A DNA stretch of 64,000 nt from Squalus acanthias (GCA_030390025.1 JASTWF010000328.1:1-64000); one strand, 5' to 3'. Numbered from the stretch's first letter, positions 47,718 to 61,682 are shown. Numbers and translations are program-made. Notes: generated by a model not told the origin, from the letters alone.

Positions 47718-48041
47718 AATAATGGGGCCTGGGGCCGCACTCGGGGTGTGTGCAGCCCGCGTCCCCCCGGGGTTTATTAACCCGCTCTCTGAGCTCTCTC
47801 ACCTGATGTGTCAGCGGCTGCTGCCAAGGTCCGTGCATGCTCAGCTCTCACTGCCCGGGTGATTGACGGGAGCTCCGGACCAATAGGAAGAGCGGGGCGG
47901 GGCTGGAGGACCGAGCGGGCGGCGGGTCCTCCAATCAATCGGAGTGTGTGAGGGGTGGGGCTTGACCTTTAAACCTGAACAACAGAAGGTGAGCTGAGCA
48001 TGCGCGGACCTTGGCAGCAGCCGCTGACACATCAGGTGAGA
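47718..48041. promoter_or_regulatory. Second inverted-repeat bidirectional promoter cassette, ZNF G(-)/H(+)
   Basis: Same arms as 8111-8511, with the right arm truncated at ~48041. The core is in reverse orientation relative to the flanks. Confidence 0.78.
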
Positions 48042-48392
48042 AAAAACATCGCACCATTCACAGCGGGGAGAAACCGTGCACGTGTTCTGTGTGTGGACGA
48101 GGCTTCAACTGATCGTCCAACCTGGAGAAACACAAGGACACCCGCACCATGGAGAAACCGTGGAAATGTGGGGACTGTGGGAAGGGATCCACTTAGCCGA
48201 CCCAGCTGCAAAATCATTGGCGCAGTCACACTGTTCACCTGCTCCGAGTGTGGGAAGGGATTCACTCACTCATCCAACCTGTTGACACACCGGCGAGTTC
48301 ACACTGGGGAGAGGCCGTGCACCTGCCAAGTGCGTCAGAAGGGATTCGCTCGGTCATCCCACCTGCTGAGACACCAGCGAGTTCACAAGTGA
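48000..48392 (+). pseudogene. Truncated zinc-finger locus H
   Basis: The promoter arm is fused by deletion to finger sequence at ~48041. TGA at 48110. 11-nt linker deletion at ~48234. Ends HQRVHK*. Confidence 0.75.
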
Positions 48393-48722
48393 CTGCAGGT
48401 GTTGTAGTCTGCTACTTTTCCTGCTGTTAATCACATCCAGGACTGAACCATGTTTATTCTGACAGTTGGGGTTTGTTTCTGTTGATGTTAACCTGTGCAG
48501 CTGATGTAACATGTGCAGCAGCTGAAGCCTTGAAATCAGCTTCACTGCCCCTGGGCTGGGAAAGAGGAACATGAGACAGCATTCTCCCTCTTACCTCTTT
48601 CTAAACTCATTTTACAGGATTTTAGAAGTGGAGCATTTACAGACAGGAAGCTCAGACCAAACATCACATCAAGATCTGAATCGCTCGATTCATCCGGACC
48701 TGAATATCATCGGCCTTTGCAC

Positions 48723-49940
48723 ATGGAAGGAGAAAGCAGCTATCGTAGCGATGACAATCCGCACACGTGTTCGGTGTGTGGACGCGGATTCAGCCGATCG
48801 CCTGACCTGGCGAGACACGTGCACCATCACACCGGGGAGAATCTGAGTCAAGGTGTGGATGGCGGGAAGGGCTTTAGTTCCCCGTCTGCGTTGGAAGTTC
48901 ATCGGCACAGTCACACCGGGGACAGTCCATTCACTTGCTCCGTGTGTGGGAAGGGATTCACCCTGTCATCCACCCTGCTGAGACACCAGCTTGTTCACAC
49001 TGATGAGAGACCGTGTAAATGCTCTAACTGTGGGAAGAGCTTTAAATGTTCCGGGCATCTGAAGGGACACCAGCGAGTTCACACTGATGAGAGACCATTT
49101 ACGTGTTCTGACTGTGGGAAGAGCTTTAAAAGCTATCGGGATCTGACGACGCACCAGCGTGCTCAGACTGGGGAGAGGCTGTTCACCTGCTCCGTGTGTG
49201 GGAAGGGATTCACTGGTTCATCCACCCTGCTGAGACACCAGCTTGCTCACACTGATGAAAGACCATTTAAATGTTCCCACTGTGGGATGAGCTTTAAAAG
49301 CCCCGGGGAGCTGAAGGGACACCAGCGAGCTCACACTGGGGAGAGGCCGTTCACCTGCTCCGTGTGTGGGAAGGGATTCACTCGGTCAACCAACCTGCTG
49401 AGACACCAGCACCTCCACACTGGTGAGAGGCCGTTCACCTGCTCCGAATGTGGGAAGGGATTCACTGATTCATCCACTCTGCTGTCACACCAGCTTGTTC
49501 ACACTGATGAGAGACTCTTGAAATGTTCTGACTGTGGGAAGAGCTTTAAACGCTTCCGGGAGCTGAAGCGACACCGGCTCCTCCACACTGGAGAGAGGCC
49601 GTTCACCTGCTCTGTGTGTGGGAAGGGATTCGCTCGGTCCTCCAACCTGCTGGCGCATCAGCAAGTTCACACTCACGAGAGACCCTTTAAATGTTCTGAC
49701 TGTGGGAAAGGCTTTAAAAGCTCCCGGCAGCTGAAGGGACACCAACGATTTCACACTGGAGAGTGGCCATTCACCTGCTCCATGTGTGGGAAGGGATTCA
49801 CTCATTCATCCACCCTCCTGTCACACCAGCGAGTTCACACTGACGAGAGACCCTTTAAATGTTCTGACTGTGGGAAGAGCTTTAAAAGCTCTAAGAGCCT
49901 TAAGAGACACCAGCGTGTTCACACTGATCATAGAATCTAA
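48723..49940 (+). CDS. C2H2 zinc-finger protein I, paralog of D (about 12 intact fingers, 405 aa)
   Basis: Uninterrupted ORF from cacATGg. Acceptor at ~48617. N-terminus closely matches D. Confidence 0.86.
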   Translation: MEGESSYRSDDNPHTCSVCGRGFSRSPDLARHVHHHTGENLSQGVDGGKGFSSPSALEVHRHSHTGDSPFTCSVCGKGFTLSSTLLRHQLVHTDERPCKCSNCGKSFKCSGHLKGHQRVHTDERPFTCSDCGKSFKSYRDLTTHQRAQTGERLFTCSVCGKGFTGSSTLLRHQLAHTDERPFKCSHCGMSFKSPGELKGHQRAHTGERPFTCSVCGKGFTRSTNLLRHQHLHTGERPFTCSECGKGFTDSSTLLSHQLVHTDERLLKCSDCGKSFKRFRELKRHRLLHTGERPFTCSVCGKGFARSSNLLAHQQVHTHERPFKCSDCGKGFKSSRQLKGHQRFHTGEWPFTCSMCGKGFTHSSTLLSHQRVHTDERPFKCSDCGKSFKSSKSLKRHQRVHTDHRI

Positions 49941-52597
49941 CAGCACAGAAGGAGGTGATTCGGCCCATCGTGTCTGTGCTGGCTCTTTGAAAGAACTGTC
50001 CAATTTAGTCCCAAACCCCAGCTTTATCCCCAGAACTCTGCAAACTAGTCCTCTTCAAGTACACGTCCAATCACCGTTTGAAAGTTCCTGTGGAACCTGA
50101 TTCCAGCATCCTTTCAGATGGTGCGTTCCAGATCTTAACAACCCTCTGTGTGAAAACAATTCTCCTCATTCACCTCTAGTTCTTTTAGCAACTATTTTAA
50201 ATCTGTGACCTTTGGTTACCGATCCACTTGCCAGAGTGAACAGTTTCTCCCGACTTGCTCGATCAAAACCCCTCATCATTTTGAACACCTCTATTGGGTC
50301 TCCTCTTAACCTTCTCTGCTCTAAGGGGAACAATCCCAGCTTCTCCAATCTCTCCACAACTGAAGTCCCTCATCCCTGGTACCATCCTGGTCAACCTCCT
50401 CTGCACCCTCTCCAAGGCCTTGACATCCTTCCTAAAGTGTGGTGCCCAGAACTGTACACAAGACTCCAGCTGAGGCCTAACTCGTGATTTGTAAAGGTTT
50501 AGTGTAACTTCCTTGTTTTTTATTCAATGGCCCTATTTACAAAGCCAAGTATCCCATACGCTTTCTGAACCGCCTCACCAACTTGCCGTGGCACTTTCAA
50601 AGATTTGTGAATATGGACCCCCAGGTCCCTCTGCTCTTGCACCCCCTCAAAATAGTATCATTTATATTATGAAATAACAACAGAAAATGCTGGAAACACT
50701 CAGCAGGCCAGGCAGCATCCGTGGAGAGAGAAACAGAGTTAACGTTTCAGGTCTGTGACCCTTCGTCAGAACTGGTAAAAGTTGGAGATGGAACAGGTTT
50801 TAAGCAGGTACAGAGGCAGGGAAATTGGGGGTGGGGGGGAGGAAGGAACTAAAGGAATGGTCTGTGTTAGGATTAAAGGCAGGAGAGATAAAATGTTGCA
50901 AATGGGGATGGCAGAATAATCAACAGCTGCCACCTGAAAAAATGGGGGGGGGTTATAATCTGAAATTGTTGAACTCAATGTTGAGTCCAGAAGGCTGTAA
51001 AGTGCCTAATCGAAAGATGAGGTGCTGTTCCTCGAGCTTACATTGAGCTTCTATCTTATATTATTATGTTCTATATTATACCATTTATATTATACTGCCT
51101 CTCCATGTTCTTTCTCCATAAGTGCATAATTTCACACTTATTCACATTTAATTGCATCTGCCATGTGTCTGCTCATTTCACAGTCTGTCGATGTCCTCCT
51201 GAAGTCTGCTACTTTTCTGCTCACTATTTACAATGTTGTCAAGTTTTGTATCATCCGTAAACTTCAAAATCGTCCACCTATACCCAAGTCCAGGTCATTT
51301 ATATATAACAAGAAAAGCAATGGTCCTAATCCCGACCCCTGGGGGAACCCACTGCATACTTCCCTCCAGTCAGAAAAAACATCCGTTCAGCACTAGTCTC
51401 TGTCTCCTGTCCCTTAGCCAAGTTACCATCAGCCCTTTAATATCATGTGCTTCTATTTTCCGAGGAAGTCTCTCATGTGGTACTTTATCAAATGCCTTTT
51501 AAAAGTCCATATATACAACATCTACTGCACTACCTTCATCAAACTTCTGTTATTTCATCAAAGAACTCAATCAGGTTAGTCAGACACGATTTACCTTTAA
51601 CAAGTCCATACTGGCTGCCCCTTATTAACCCATGCTTCTCCAAGTGAGAATTAATTTTGTCCTTGACAATGGTCTCTAGTCGTTCACCCACCACTGACAT
51701 GAGACTGATTGGCCTGTCGTTACCAGGTTTATCCCTCTCCCCTTTTTTAAACAGGGTGTAACATTTGCAATCCTCCAGTCTTCTGGCACCACTCCCATAT
51801 ATCTGAGGGAGATTGAAAGATTGTGGTCAGAGCTTCTGCTGTCTCCACCCTAGCTTCCCTCAGCAACCTAGGATGCATCGCATCTGGACCGGGTGACCTG
51901 TTAACTTTGAGTGATGACAACCTATTGAGCACCTCCTTTCTATCTATTTATATCCTATCCAATTTCTCTACTCCCCCCTCCTCTACTGCGACATTAACTT
52001 CATCCTCTTCTTTTGTGAAGACAGATGCTAAGTACTCATTCAGTACCTCAGCCATGCCCTCTGTCTCCGTATGATGAGCTCCTATTTGGTCCCTAATCGG
52101 CCCCACCATTCCTTTAACTATCCTTTTACTTTTCATATGTTTATACAAGATTTTTGGTTTTCTTTTATGTTACCTGCTAATCTTTTCTCATATTGTCTCT
52201 TTGCCCTTCTTATATCCTGTTTCAATTTCCCCCGCACTCTCTGTATTCTGCCTGGTTTTTGACTGTATTCTGTACCTGACATTTGTCGTAAACCTCCTTT
52301 CTCTGTTTTATTCTCACCTCTATATCCTTTGTCATTGGGAGCTCGAGCTTTGGATGCCCCATCTTTCCTCCTTATGGGAATATGCTTGGTTTGTACCCGA
52401 ACTATCTCAGCCTTGAAGGCCTGCCATTGGTCATTCACTGTTTTCCTGGACAATCTTTGTTTCCAGTCCACCTGTGCTCGATCCCTTCTCAAATCACTGA
52501 AATTGGCTCTCTTCCAGCTGGGTATTTTCACCATTGATTTTTCTATCTCCCTTTCCTTAACTACTTTAAACCTAATGACATTGTGATCACTGTTAAC
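49928..52597 (-). mobile_element. Antisense CR1 LINE, duplicate of 25080-29900
   Basis: Collinear and nearly identical to the CR1 behind gene D. Confidence 0.87.
50672..51050 (-). mobile_element. Penelope-like element 3' end
   Basis: Minus strand encodes KLEEQHLIFRLGTLQPSGLNIEF, resembling a GIY-YIG C-terminus, followed by the terminal repeat. Absent from the paralogous site at ~26400. Confidence 0.72.
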
Positions 52598-52907
52598 CAG
52601 ATCCCTCCTGCCCCAGAACCGATGAGAGACCCTGAGTCACCAGCGAGTTCACACAGATCTTCAAAGAAAGAAAGAGGTTTTAGAAAGGCTGGCGGCACTA
52701 AAAGTTCGCAGCCATCTCAGAGTAGTGTCCCTTTAATTACAATCTCACAAAACAAGGAGAATCACTGTCCCTTTAACTACCACAAATCCCTGTGTGGAGG
52801 AGAGGGGGAGATACAGTCTGTCCCAGTAACTGTCGCAGAACAGAATTAGCGACCCTGTCCCTTTAAGGGCTTGACCCTCCCCCACTCCCTGCTTTTCCTC
52901 AAGTGTC

Positions 52908-53312
52908 TCATCCTTAAAATTCTCATCCTTGTTTTCAAATCCCTCCATGGCCTCGCCCCTCCCTATCTCTGTCATCTCTTCCAGCCCCAACAACCTTCCG
53001 AGATGTTTGCACTTCTCGAATTCTGGCCTCTTGAGCATCCCTGATTTTAATCGCTCCACCATTGGTGGCCGTGCCTTCAGCTGCCTGGGCCCCAAGCTCT
53101 GGAATTCCCCGCCGAAACCTCTCCATCTCTCTACCTCTCTCTCCTTCTTTAAGATGCTCCTTAAAACCTACCTCTTTGACCAAGCTTTTGGTCATCTGCC
53201 CGAATATCTCCTTATGTGGCTTGGTGTCAATTTTTGTTTTTTAACGATCCTGTGAAGAGCCTTGGGACGTTTTACTACATTAAAGGCGCTTTATAAATAC
53301 AAGTTGTTGTTG
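52908..53312 (+). mobile_element. L2 LINE 3' fragment
   Basis: KILILVFKSLHGLAPPYL...RAFS...PKLWN...FK..LKTYLF; tail ataaatacaagttgttgttgtt. Confidence 0.8.
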
Positions 53313-53379
53313 TTTCTGAAATTAATAATAAATTCCCCAGAGGGAAAAAAACTTGTACTTTTACTCCCAAATATTAAAT

Positions 53380-54090
53380 ATTTTGTTCCACAGAAGCACG
53401 AGGTTTATCTGTTTTTATTCATGAATTTAAAAAGTCTGTATTAAAACCTGAGCCAGTGTGTTGTGAGACAAAGAGCCTTGTGTCCAATAAGGGGAATAAA
53501 GGCCCACAGCCTCCCCTGGCCCCGGGCCCTGAACAAGGGACTGGAGAAACTCGCTGCCCCGCGGATCAGACAATCAGCCGGCGCTAGTCCCGCCCCTCGG
53601 GCTCCCCGATTGGTTGGAGGACCCGCCGCCGGCTCGCTCCTCCAGCCCCGCCCCACTCACTCCCTATTGGTCGGAAGCTCCCGTCAATCAGGCCCGGGTC
53701 ACGTGTCCCTCACCGACTTCACAAAGGAAGTCCCGCGCGGTCGCCGGGCGGAGCAACAGGTCGGCGGGGTCGGGAGATTAATAAACTGCGGGTAGGCCGC
53801 GCCGCAGGTTTTATAAAGTTGGAGAACGGCCTCAGGCCCGAATGAGACCCCGCGGCCCGGTCTGTGTTCCACCGGACGGCAGCTATGAGGCTTTTTCTCG
53901 CTGACAGGCCCGGGTTACGCGCCGCCATCTTGGTGGAGGAAAGAGAGACTGGTCCCACCTGCAGCAGGGCGCATGCGCGGCCATCTTGGTACAGGAACAA
54001 AGAGTGGGCGGGGCTTCAGGGTCCCAGTGACCAGGAGAGACAATCATTGACTCATTGATTTTATTCTCACTCTGCACACAGCGGGTGTGG
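53380..54090 (+). promoter_or_regulatory. Putative promoter and 5' region of ZNF J
   Basis: Cassette with CCAAT, GC and E boxes, YY1-like cgccatctt (twice) and NRF1-like gcgcatgcgc. Confidence 0.68.
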
Positions 54091-54680
54091 AACTGAACCC
54101 AACCAGAGTAGAGGGAGGGAGAAAACTGGGAGTGGAGGAAAGAAATGTTGGAGATGGTGCGATGGGTTTGGATTTCAGCACAGGGAGGAGGGAGAGTGTG
54201 TGGGACGGGGATTTACAGCTTTGGGGGAACAAGAGAGGAAAGAATGTTCCATAGAAACTAGAATTGTCTGTTCTGAATTTCTATCCTGTACTTACAGTGA
54301 TGACTTTTGTAAACTCCTTTTATAGGGTGTGAGAAGGGCAGGATTTACAGATGGGAAACTCAAACCAAACATCACAACAAGATCTGACAGAGTCACTCAA
54401 TTCATCAGGACCTGAATATCATCGGTCTTTGAATGTGGAAGGAGGAATGTTTGTCTGTGGGAAAAGATTTCAAACATCAGTGTGACTGGTAAAGCACCGA
54501 GACACACACACCCGAGTGAGAGTGTTCCAGTGCACTGACTGTGGAAAGAGCTTTAACCAGTTACACAGCCTGAAAAAACATCGCACCGTTCACAGCGGGG
54601 AGAAACCGTACACGTGTACTGTGTGTGGACGAGGCTTCAACTGATCGTTCAACCTGGAGAGACACAAGGACACCCACACC

Positions 54681-55523
54681 ACGGAGAAACTGTGGAAATG
54701 TGGGGACTGTGGGAAGGGATTCAATTACCCATCCATGCTGGAAACTCATCGGCGCAGTCACACCGGGGAGAGGCCGTTCTTCTGCTCCGTGTGTGGGAAG
54801 GGATTCGCAGAGTTATCCAAGCTCCAGATACACCAGCGAGTTCACACTGGGGAGAGGCCGTTCGCGTGTATTGAATGTGGGAAGGGATTCACTCAGTCAT
54901 CCAGCCTCCATAGACACCAGCGAGTTCACACTGGGGAGAAACCGTTCTCCTGCTCCGTGTGTGGGAAGGGATTCGCAGAGTTATCCAAGCTCCAGATACA
55001 CCAGAGAGTTCACACTGGCGAGAGGCCGTTCGCGTGTATTGAATGTGGGAAGGGATTCACTCAGTTATACCATCTCCAGATACACCAGCGAGTTCACACT
55101 GGGGAGAGGCCATTCACCTGCTCTATGTGTGGGAAGGGATTCACTCAGTCATCCCATCTTCTGACACACCAACTTGTTCACACTGTTAAGAGACCATTTA
55201 GATGTTCTGACTGTGAGAAGAGCTTTAAAAGCACAAGCGACCTGCTGACCCACCAACGCACTCACACTGGGGAGAGACCATTCCCCTGCTGTGTGTGTGG
55301 TAAGGGATTCACTCAGTCATGCACGATGCTGAGACATCAGCGAGTTCACACTGAGGAGCGATCTTTCACCCGCTCTTATTGTGGGAAGGTTTTCACTTGG
55401 AAGTCTAACCTGCTTAATCACCAGCGAGTTCACACTGGGGAGAGGCCGTTCACCTGCTCCGTGTGTGGGAAGGGATTCACTCAGTCATGCACTCTGCTGA
55501 GACACCAGCGAGTTCACCAGTGA
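54681..55523 (+). CDS. C2H2 zinc-finger protein J (9 intact and 1 degenerate finger; ACG at 54681, first ATG at 54735)
   Basis: Open frame to HQRVHQ*. Acceptor at 54325. Upstream TGAs at 54330, 54483 and 54642. Family 3' UTR with aataaa at ~55669. Confidence 0.78.
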   Translation, partial: TEKLWKCGDCGKGFNYPSMLETHRRSHTGERPFFCSVCGKGFAELSKLQIHQRVHTGERPFACIECGKGFTQSSSLHRHQRVHTGEKPFSCSVCGKGFAELSKLQIHQRVHTGERPFACIECGKGFTQLYHLQIHQRVHTGERPFTCSMCGKGFTQSSHLLTHQLVHTVKRPFRCSDCEKSFKSTSDLLTHQRTHTGERPFPCCVCGKGFTQSCTMLRHQRVHTEERSFTRSYCGKVFTWKSNLLNHQRVHTGERPFTCSVCGKGFTQSCTLLRHQRVHQ

Positions 55524-56206
55524 TTGCAGAGGTTGGATTCTGCTGTTATTGCTACTGTTAATCACATCCAGGACTGAACCATGTTCACTCTGGCAATTGG
55601 GCTTTGTTTCTGCTGATGTTAATAACTAGAATAACTGGGCTTGCGATTAATATTCTGGACAAATATTAAATAAATCAGCTTTGTTTCAAACACAGTGTGT
55701 CTAATATTTGATTTCTCCATGATAAGAGGCGCCTAATTGATGTTCTGTTTCTGACTGTTCCATTTTTGGGCCTTTTCTTACTCTGGATTATTTCAGTTCT
55801 CATCTAGTTCACCTTCTACCACATCAAACCCCAAGCTTGTTCCATTTGTGTACACGGCTTGTGGGTGTCATAGACTGAACTGTAGTGTCTCACTTTACAC
55901 TCATCTGAAATTCCTTTGAACCACCCCTTTACAGAACTAACTTGCATAAGATTTGAAATCTATTATTTTCTGTATCATTTAACCTCTTTTGGATCTGATT
56001 TTTAAAAAAAGCTCCTCCACACATACTGCATGTGACAGCCTTAGAAATGTTCTGATCTTTGTAACTGTCATTGCTGATTTTGATGGTCTTGTTAATTTAA
56101 TCTCTTGTTACTAACAGACCTTGCACTATTTCTTTAATCGAGATAATTGTTTCAAATACTTCCTTTATCAGGTCTTTAGCTCCTCCATTGATCCCTGTCA
56201 ATAATC

Positions 56207-56497
56207 CTTGGTTAGGGGCTGGAGTTAGGGTGTAGGTTTAGGGGTTAGTGGTTGGGGCTGGTGGTTATTGGTTAGGATTGGGGTCAGTGCTTGGGGCTAG
56301 TGGTTATTGGTTAGGACTGGGGTTAGTGGTTGGGGCTAGTGGTTATTGGTTAGGATTGGGGTTAGTGGTTGGGGCTAGTGGTTATTGGTTAGGATTGGGG
56401 TTAGTGGTTGGGGCTAGTGGTTATTGGTTAGGACTGGGGTTAGTGGTTGGGGTTAGTGGTTAGGATTGGGGCTAGTGGTTATTGGTTAGGATTGGGG
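56207..56497. repeat. G/T-rich 39-bp minisatellite with ttagg-like motifs
   Basis: Unit ggttagtggttggggctagtggttattggttaggattgg, about 6 copies. Confidence 0.85.
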
Positions 56498-57008
56498 TCT
56501 GTGCTTGCGGGTGTCGATAGGATATTAGGCTTAGGAGATAGTGATTAAGGTTAGAAACCACTGTTGGCAACGCCAGTGACACTGGACATGTCCGTTTTCA
56601 ATTCATGTTTTTAACCTCACACAGACGAGTCACAAAACAGCCTCATGAATTGTTCATTCAAGGAACCTTCTCTCTGGCCTGAGCCTGATTTCCTCCCTTC
56701 TTTCACATCTCGATATTTCTCACAGAAAAAACATCAGGGACATTAGACTTTGGGATTTTGGACAAGAACAGGCGGATCCAGGTGTTGCGTTGATTACATC
56801 CAATCATCGGCCTGCCTGAAAAGGGTTTCTGATAATCTGTCACCAGGCCCCACCAGTCGCCATCTGATTCCACCGTCATATCTTCATCCATTACCCGCCT
56901 TTCACCCTCACTAGAGCTGGATTCACCACCATGACCATTCCCCATACTGAGGCTCTCTGATTCCCATTTATAGTCTCAGTGTAAGTGGTCCCTGTATTTG
57001 GTGCCACA

Positions 57009-57220
57009 GACAACAACAATAACTTGCATTTATATAGTGCCTTTAACATAGTAAACATCCCATGTTGCTTCATGGGAACTTTTTCAAACAAATTTTGACA
57101 GCGAGTCATAAGATATTAGGGCAGGTAACCAAAATCTTGGTCAAAGAGGTAAGTTTTAAGGAGCATCTTAAAGGAGGAAAGAGAGGCGGTGAGGTTTAGG
57201 AATGAAATTTCAGAGCTTGG
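57009..57220 (-). mobile_element. L2 LINE 3' fragment
   Basis: Reverse-complement similarity to 53085-53312. Confidence 0.7.
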
Positions 57221-57224
57221 CAAC

Positions 57225-58336
57225 ATTTGGAGGAAGGGACCAAGTGTAACATATCAAAATTTGCAGATGATACAAAGATGGGAGGGAAAGTAGTGAGTGA
57301 GGAGGACATAAAAAATCTGCAAGGGGACATAGACAGGCTAAGTAAGTGGGCAGAGATTTGGCAGATGGAATACAACTCTGGAAAGTGTGAAGTGATGCAC
57401 TTTGGCAGGAAAAATCCTAGAGCAATTTATTATCTTAATGGCAAGAAACTAGAAAGTACTGAAGTGCAAAGGGATCTGGGGGTCCTGGTGCACGAAACTC
57501 AAAAGGTTAGTATGCAGGTGCAGCAAGTGATTAAGAAGGCAAATGGAATGTTGGCTTTCATTGCTAGGGGGATAGAATATAAAAATAGGGAGGTATTGCT
57601 TCAGTTGTACAAGGTATTGGTGAGACCGCACCTGGAATACTGCATACAGTTTTGGTGTCCTTACTTAAGGAAAGACATCCTTGCTCTCGAAGCAGTGCAA
57701 AAAAGGTTCACTCGGTTAATCCCGGGGATGAGGGGGTGGTCATATGAGGAGAGGTTGGTAGATTGGGACTCTACTCATTGGAGTTCAGAAGAATGAGAGG
57801 CGATCTTATTGAAACATATAAGATTGTGAAGGGGTTGGATCGGGTGGATGCGGGGAGGATGTTCCCGATGACGGGTGAGACTAGAACTAGGGGACATAGT
57901 CTTAGAATAAGGGGCTGCTCTTTCAAAACTGAGATGAGGAGGAACTACTTCACTCAGAGGGTGGTAGGTCCATGGAATATGCTGCCACAAAAAGCTGTAG
58001 AAGCTGCATCATGAAATAAATTTAAAACAGAAATAGACAGTTTCCTAGAAGTAAAGGGCATTAAGGGTTACGGGGAGCGGGCAGGAATTTGGACATGAGT
58101 CTAGGTTTGGATCGGTCATGGCCCTGTGGGTAGTGGAGCGGGCCCAGGGACCGTGTAGCCTGATTCTGCTCCTATTTCGTGTGTGCAATTCTGTTAGATG
58201 CAGGAGATGGTTCTGTGATAGATAGTAGATTGGCGGTTAGGATCAGATCAGCCATGATCTTATTGAATGGCGGAGCAGGCTCGAGGGGCTGATTGGCCTA
58301 CTCCTGCTCCTAGTTCTTATGTTCTTATGTTCTTAT
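57225..58336 (+). mobile_element. CR1 LINE 3' part, same subfamily as the full-length copy
   Basis: FADDTKMGG...; doubled 3' UTR; (ttcttatg)n tail. Confidence 0.92.
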
Positions 58337-58339
58337 GTT

Positions 58340-60650
58340 AACATAGGAACAGGAGTTGGCCATTCAGCCCCTCGAGCCTGCCCACCATTCAATGAGATCT
58401 TACTCCATATACCCGCCATTACCCCATAGTCCTTAATACCTTTGGTTAACACAAATCTATCAATCCCAGATTTAAAATTAACAATTGATCTCGCATCAAC
58501 TGCTGTTTGTGGAAGAGTGTTCCAAACTTCTACCACCCTTTGTGTGTAGAAGTGTTTCCTAACTTCACTCCTGAAAGGTCTGGCTCTAATTTTTACACTC
58601 TGTCCCCGAGTCCTAGAATCCCCAACCAGCAGAAATAGTTTCTCTCTCTCTACCCTATCAGTTCCCCCTAATATCTTGAAAACTTCAAGCAAATCACCCC
58701 TTAACCTTCTAAATTTCAGGGAAAACAACCCTAATTTGTGTAATCTCTCCTTGTAATTTAACCCCTGGAATCCAGGTATCATTCTGGTAAACCTACGCTG
58801 CACTCCTCCCAAGGCCAACATAATCTTCCTAAGTGTGGTGCCCAGAACTGCTCTCAGTACTCCAGGTGTGGTCTAACCAGGGTTTTGTACAGCTGCAGCA
58901 TAACTTCTACCCCCTTGTATTCTAGTCCTCGAGATATAAAGGCCAGCATTCCATTAGCCTTTTTGATTATTTTCTGTACCTGTTCATTATCGATATACCT
59001 GGATCCCCAAGTCTCTTTGGACCTCCACTGTTTCTAGCTTTTCACCATTTAGAAAGTACCCTGTTCTCTCCTTTTTAGGTCCAAAATGGATGACCTCACA
59101 TTTGCCTGCATTGAAATCCATTTGCCACAGTTTTGCCCATTCACTTAATCTATTAATATCTCTGTAATTTTATGCTTCCATCTACACTGCCTACAATGCC
59201 ACCTATCTTTGTGTCATCGGCAACTTGGATATGTGGCTTTCTATCTCATCATCTAAGTCATTCATAAATACGGTGAATAGTCGAGGCCCCAACACAGGTC
59301 CTTGCTGGACAGCGTTAGTCACATCCTGCCAATTAGAGTACCTGCCCATTATCCCCACTCTCTGTCTCCCGCTACTCAGACAATTCCATGGGCTTCACCT
59401 TTAGCTAACAGACTCTTATGAGGGATTTTATCAAATGCCTCCTGGAAGTCCATATAAATAACATCCATAGACATTCCCCTGTCTACTTCAGTCACCTCTT
59501 CAAAAAGTTCAATCAGGTTTGTCAGGCATGACCTACCTTTCACAAATCCATGCTGGCTCTCTCTGATCAGCTGAAAATTTTCAAGGTGTTCAGTCACCCT
59601 ATCCTTAATTATAGACTCTAGTAATTTCCCCACAACAGATGTTTGACTAACTGGTCTCTAATCCCCTGGTTTCCCTCTCTCACCTTTCTCAAATAGCGGA
59701 GTGACATGCGCAATTTTCAAACCTGGCAAAATGGTTACCTAATCGAGAGAACTTTGGAAGATTATAGTTTGGGCATCTGCAATGTTCTCACCTACTTCCT
59801 TTAAAACCCTGGCTTGGAAACCATCTGGTCCTGGGGATTTGTTACTCTTTAGTGCCATTATTTTCTTCGTTATTTTGGTGAGTCCCCGTCCCTGATTCAA
59901 TATTAGATTCCTTGGGATGTCCGGCCTGCTATCCTCTTCCTCTCTGTCAATACTGACACAAAATAATTATGCACATGTCTGCCATTTCCTTATTTTCATT
60001 TACAATATCACCATTATCAGTTTTCAAGGGGCCCACATTGCTCCTGACCACCCTCTTTTTCCTAATATAATTGTAATAAAAATTGTGTTGATTTTGATAA
60101 CCCTTACAAGTTTCTTTTCATACTCCCTTTTTGTAGCTCTTACTGTCTGTTTTGTCACCCTTTGTTGTTCTTTGTATTTCTCCCATTCACCAGGATTTGT
60201 GCTATTTATTGCATTTTTGTGTACTTTTTCTTTTAGTTTGATGTTGTCCCTTCTCTCTTTAGTCGTCCATGGCTGTTTTTTTTGGCAAGTAGAGCTCTTG
60301 CCCCTCAGGGGTATAAGCTGGTTCTGTATCACATTAAATTCTTTTTTGAACACCTCCCACTGATCATCTGCTGTTTTACCCATTAACAGATTTGCCCAGT
60401 TTACTGTGGACAGTCTCTGTCTCATCCTGTTGAAGTTGCCCTGAACTAACACTAGAATCTTAGTAGCTGTTTCGCGTTTCTCCCTTTCAAACATAATGTG
60501 GAACTCGATCATGTTATGATCGCTGTTAGATAAATGTTCACGCACTGTGAGGCTGTTGACTAAATCTGGCTCATTACTAAATCTAATATGGCCTGCCCCC
60601 TTGTTGGTTCTAGGACATATTGTTGCAGAAAATCATCCTGAACACACGCG
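58340..60650 (-). mobile_element. Decayed CR1 LINE
   Basis: ORF2 fragments (SDHNMIEF, SQHGFVKGRSCLTNL, C-terminus). Tail-to-tail with the previous copy. Confidence 0.88.
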
Positions 60651-60998
60651 AGAAATTCGCCCGAGATGACGATAGAGACCAAAGTGCCGTTTGCCCCTCT
60701 CAGTGTGGCCCTGAAGGACTGTGTCCAGGCTGAAGTTCTGTTCCCGCCGTACGATCCTCCCCCAGATTGTCCTTTCTGAGCTCCAGCCAGGTGATGCTAA
60801 ACACTCAGGTGGGAAAGACAAAAATCTACAACAATGTGTTTAAAACAAAACTGATTTATTTCACATATATCCAGAATATTAAACTCCAGCCCAGTTACAG
60901 GAATTACTGACATCAGCAGAAACAACTGTCAGAATGAACATGGTTCAGTCCTGGATGTGATTAACAGCAGCAATAACAGCAGAATCCAACCCCTGCAG

Positions 60999-61682
<684 letters not shown>

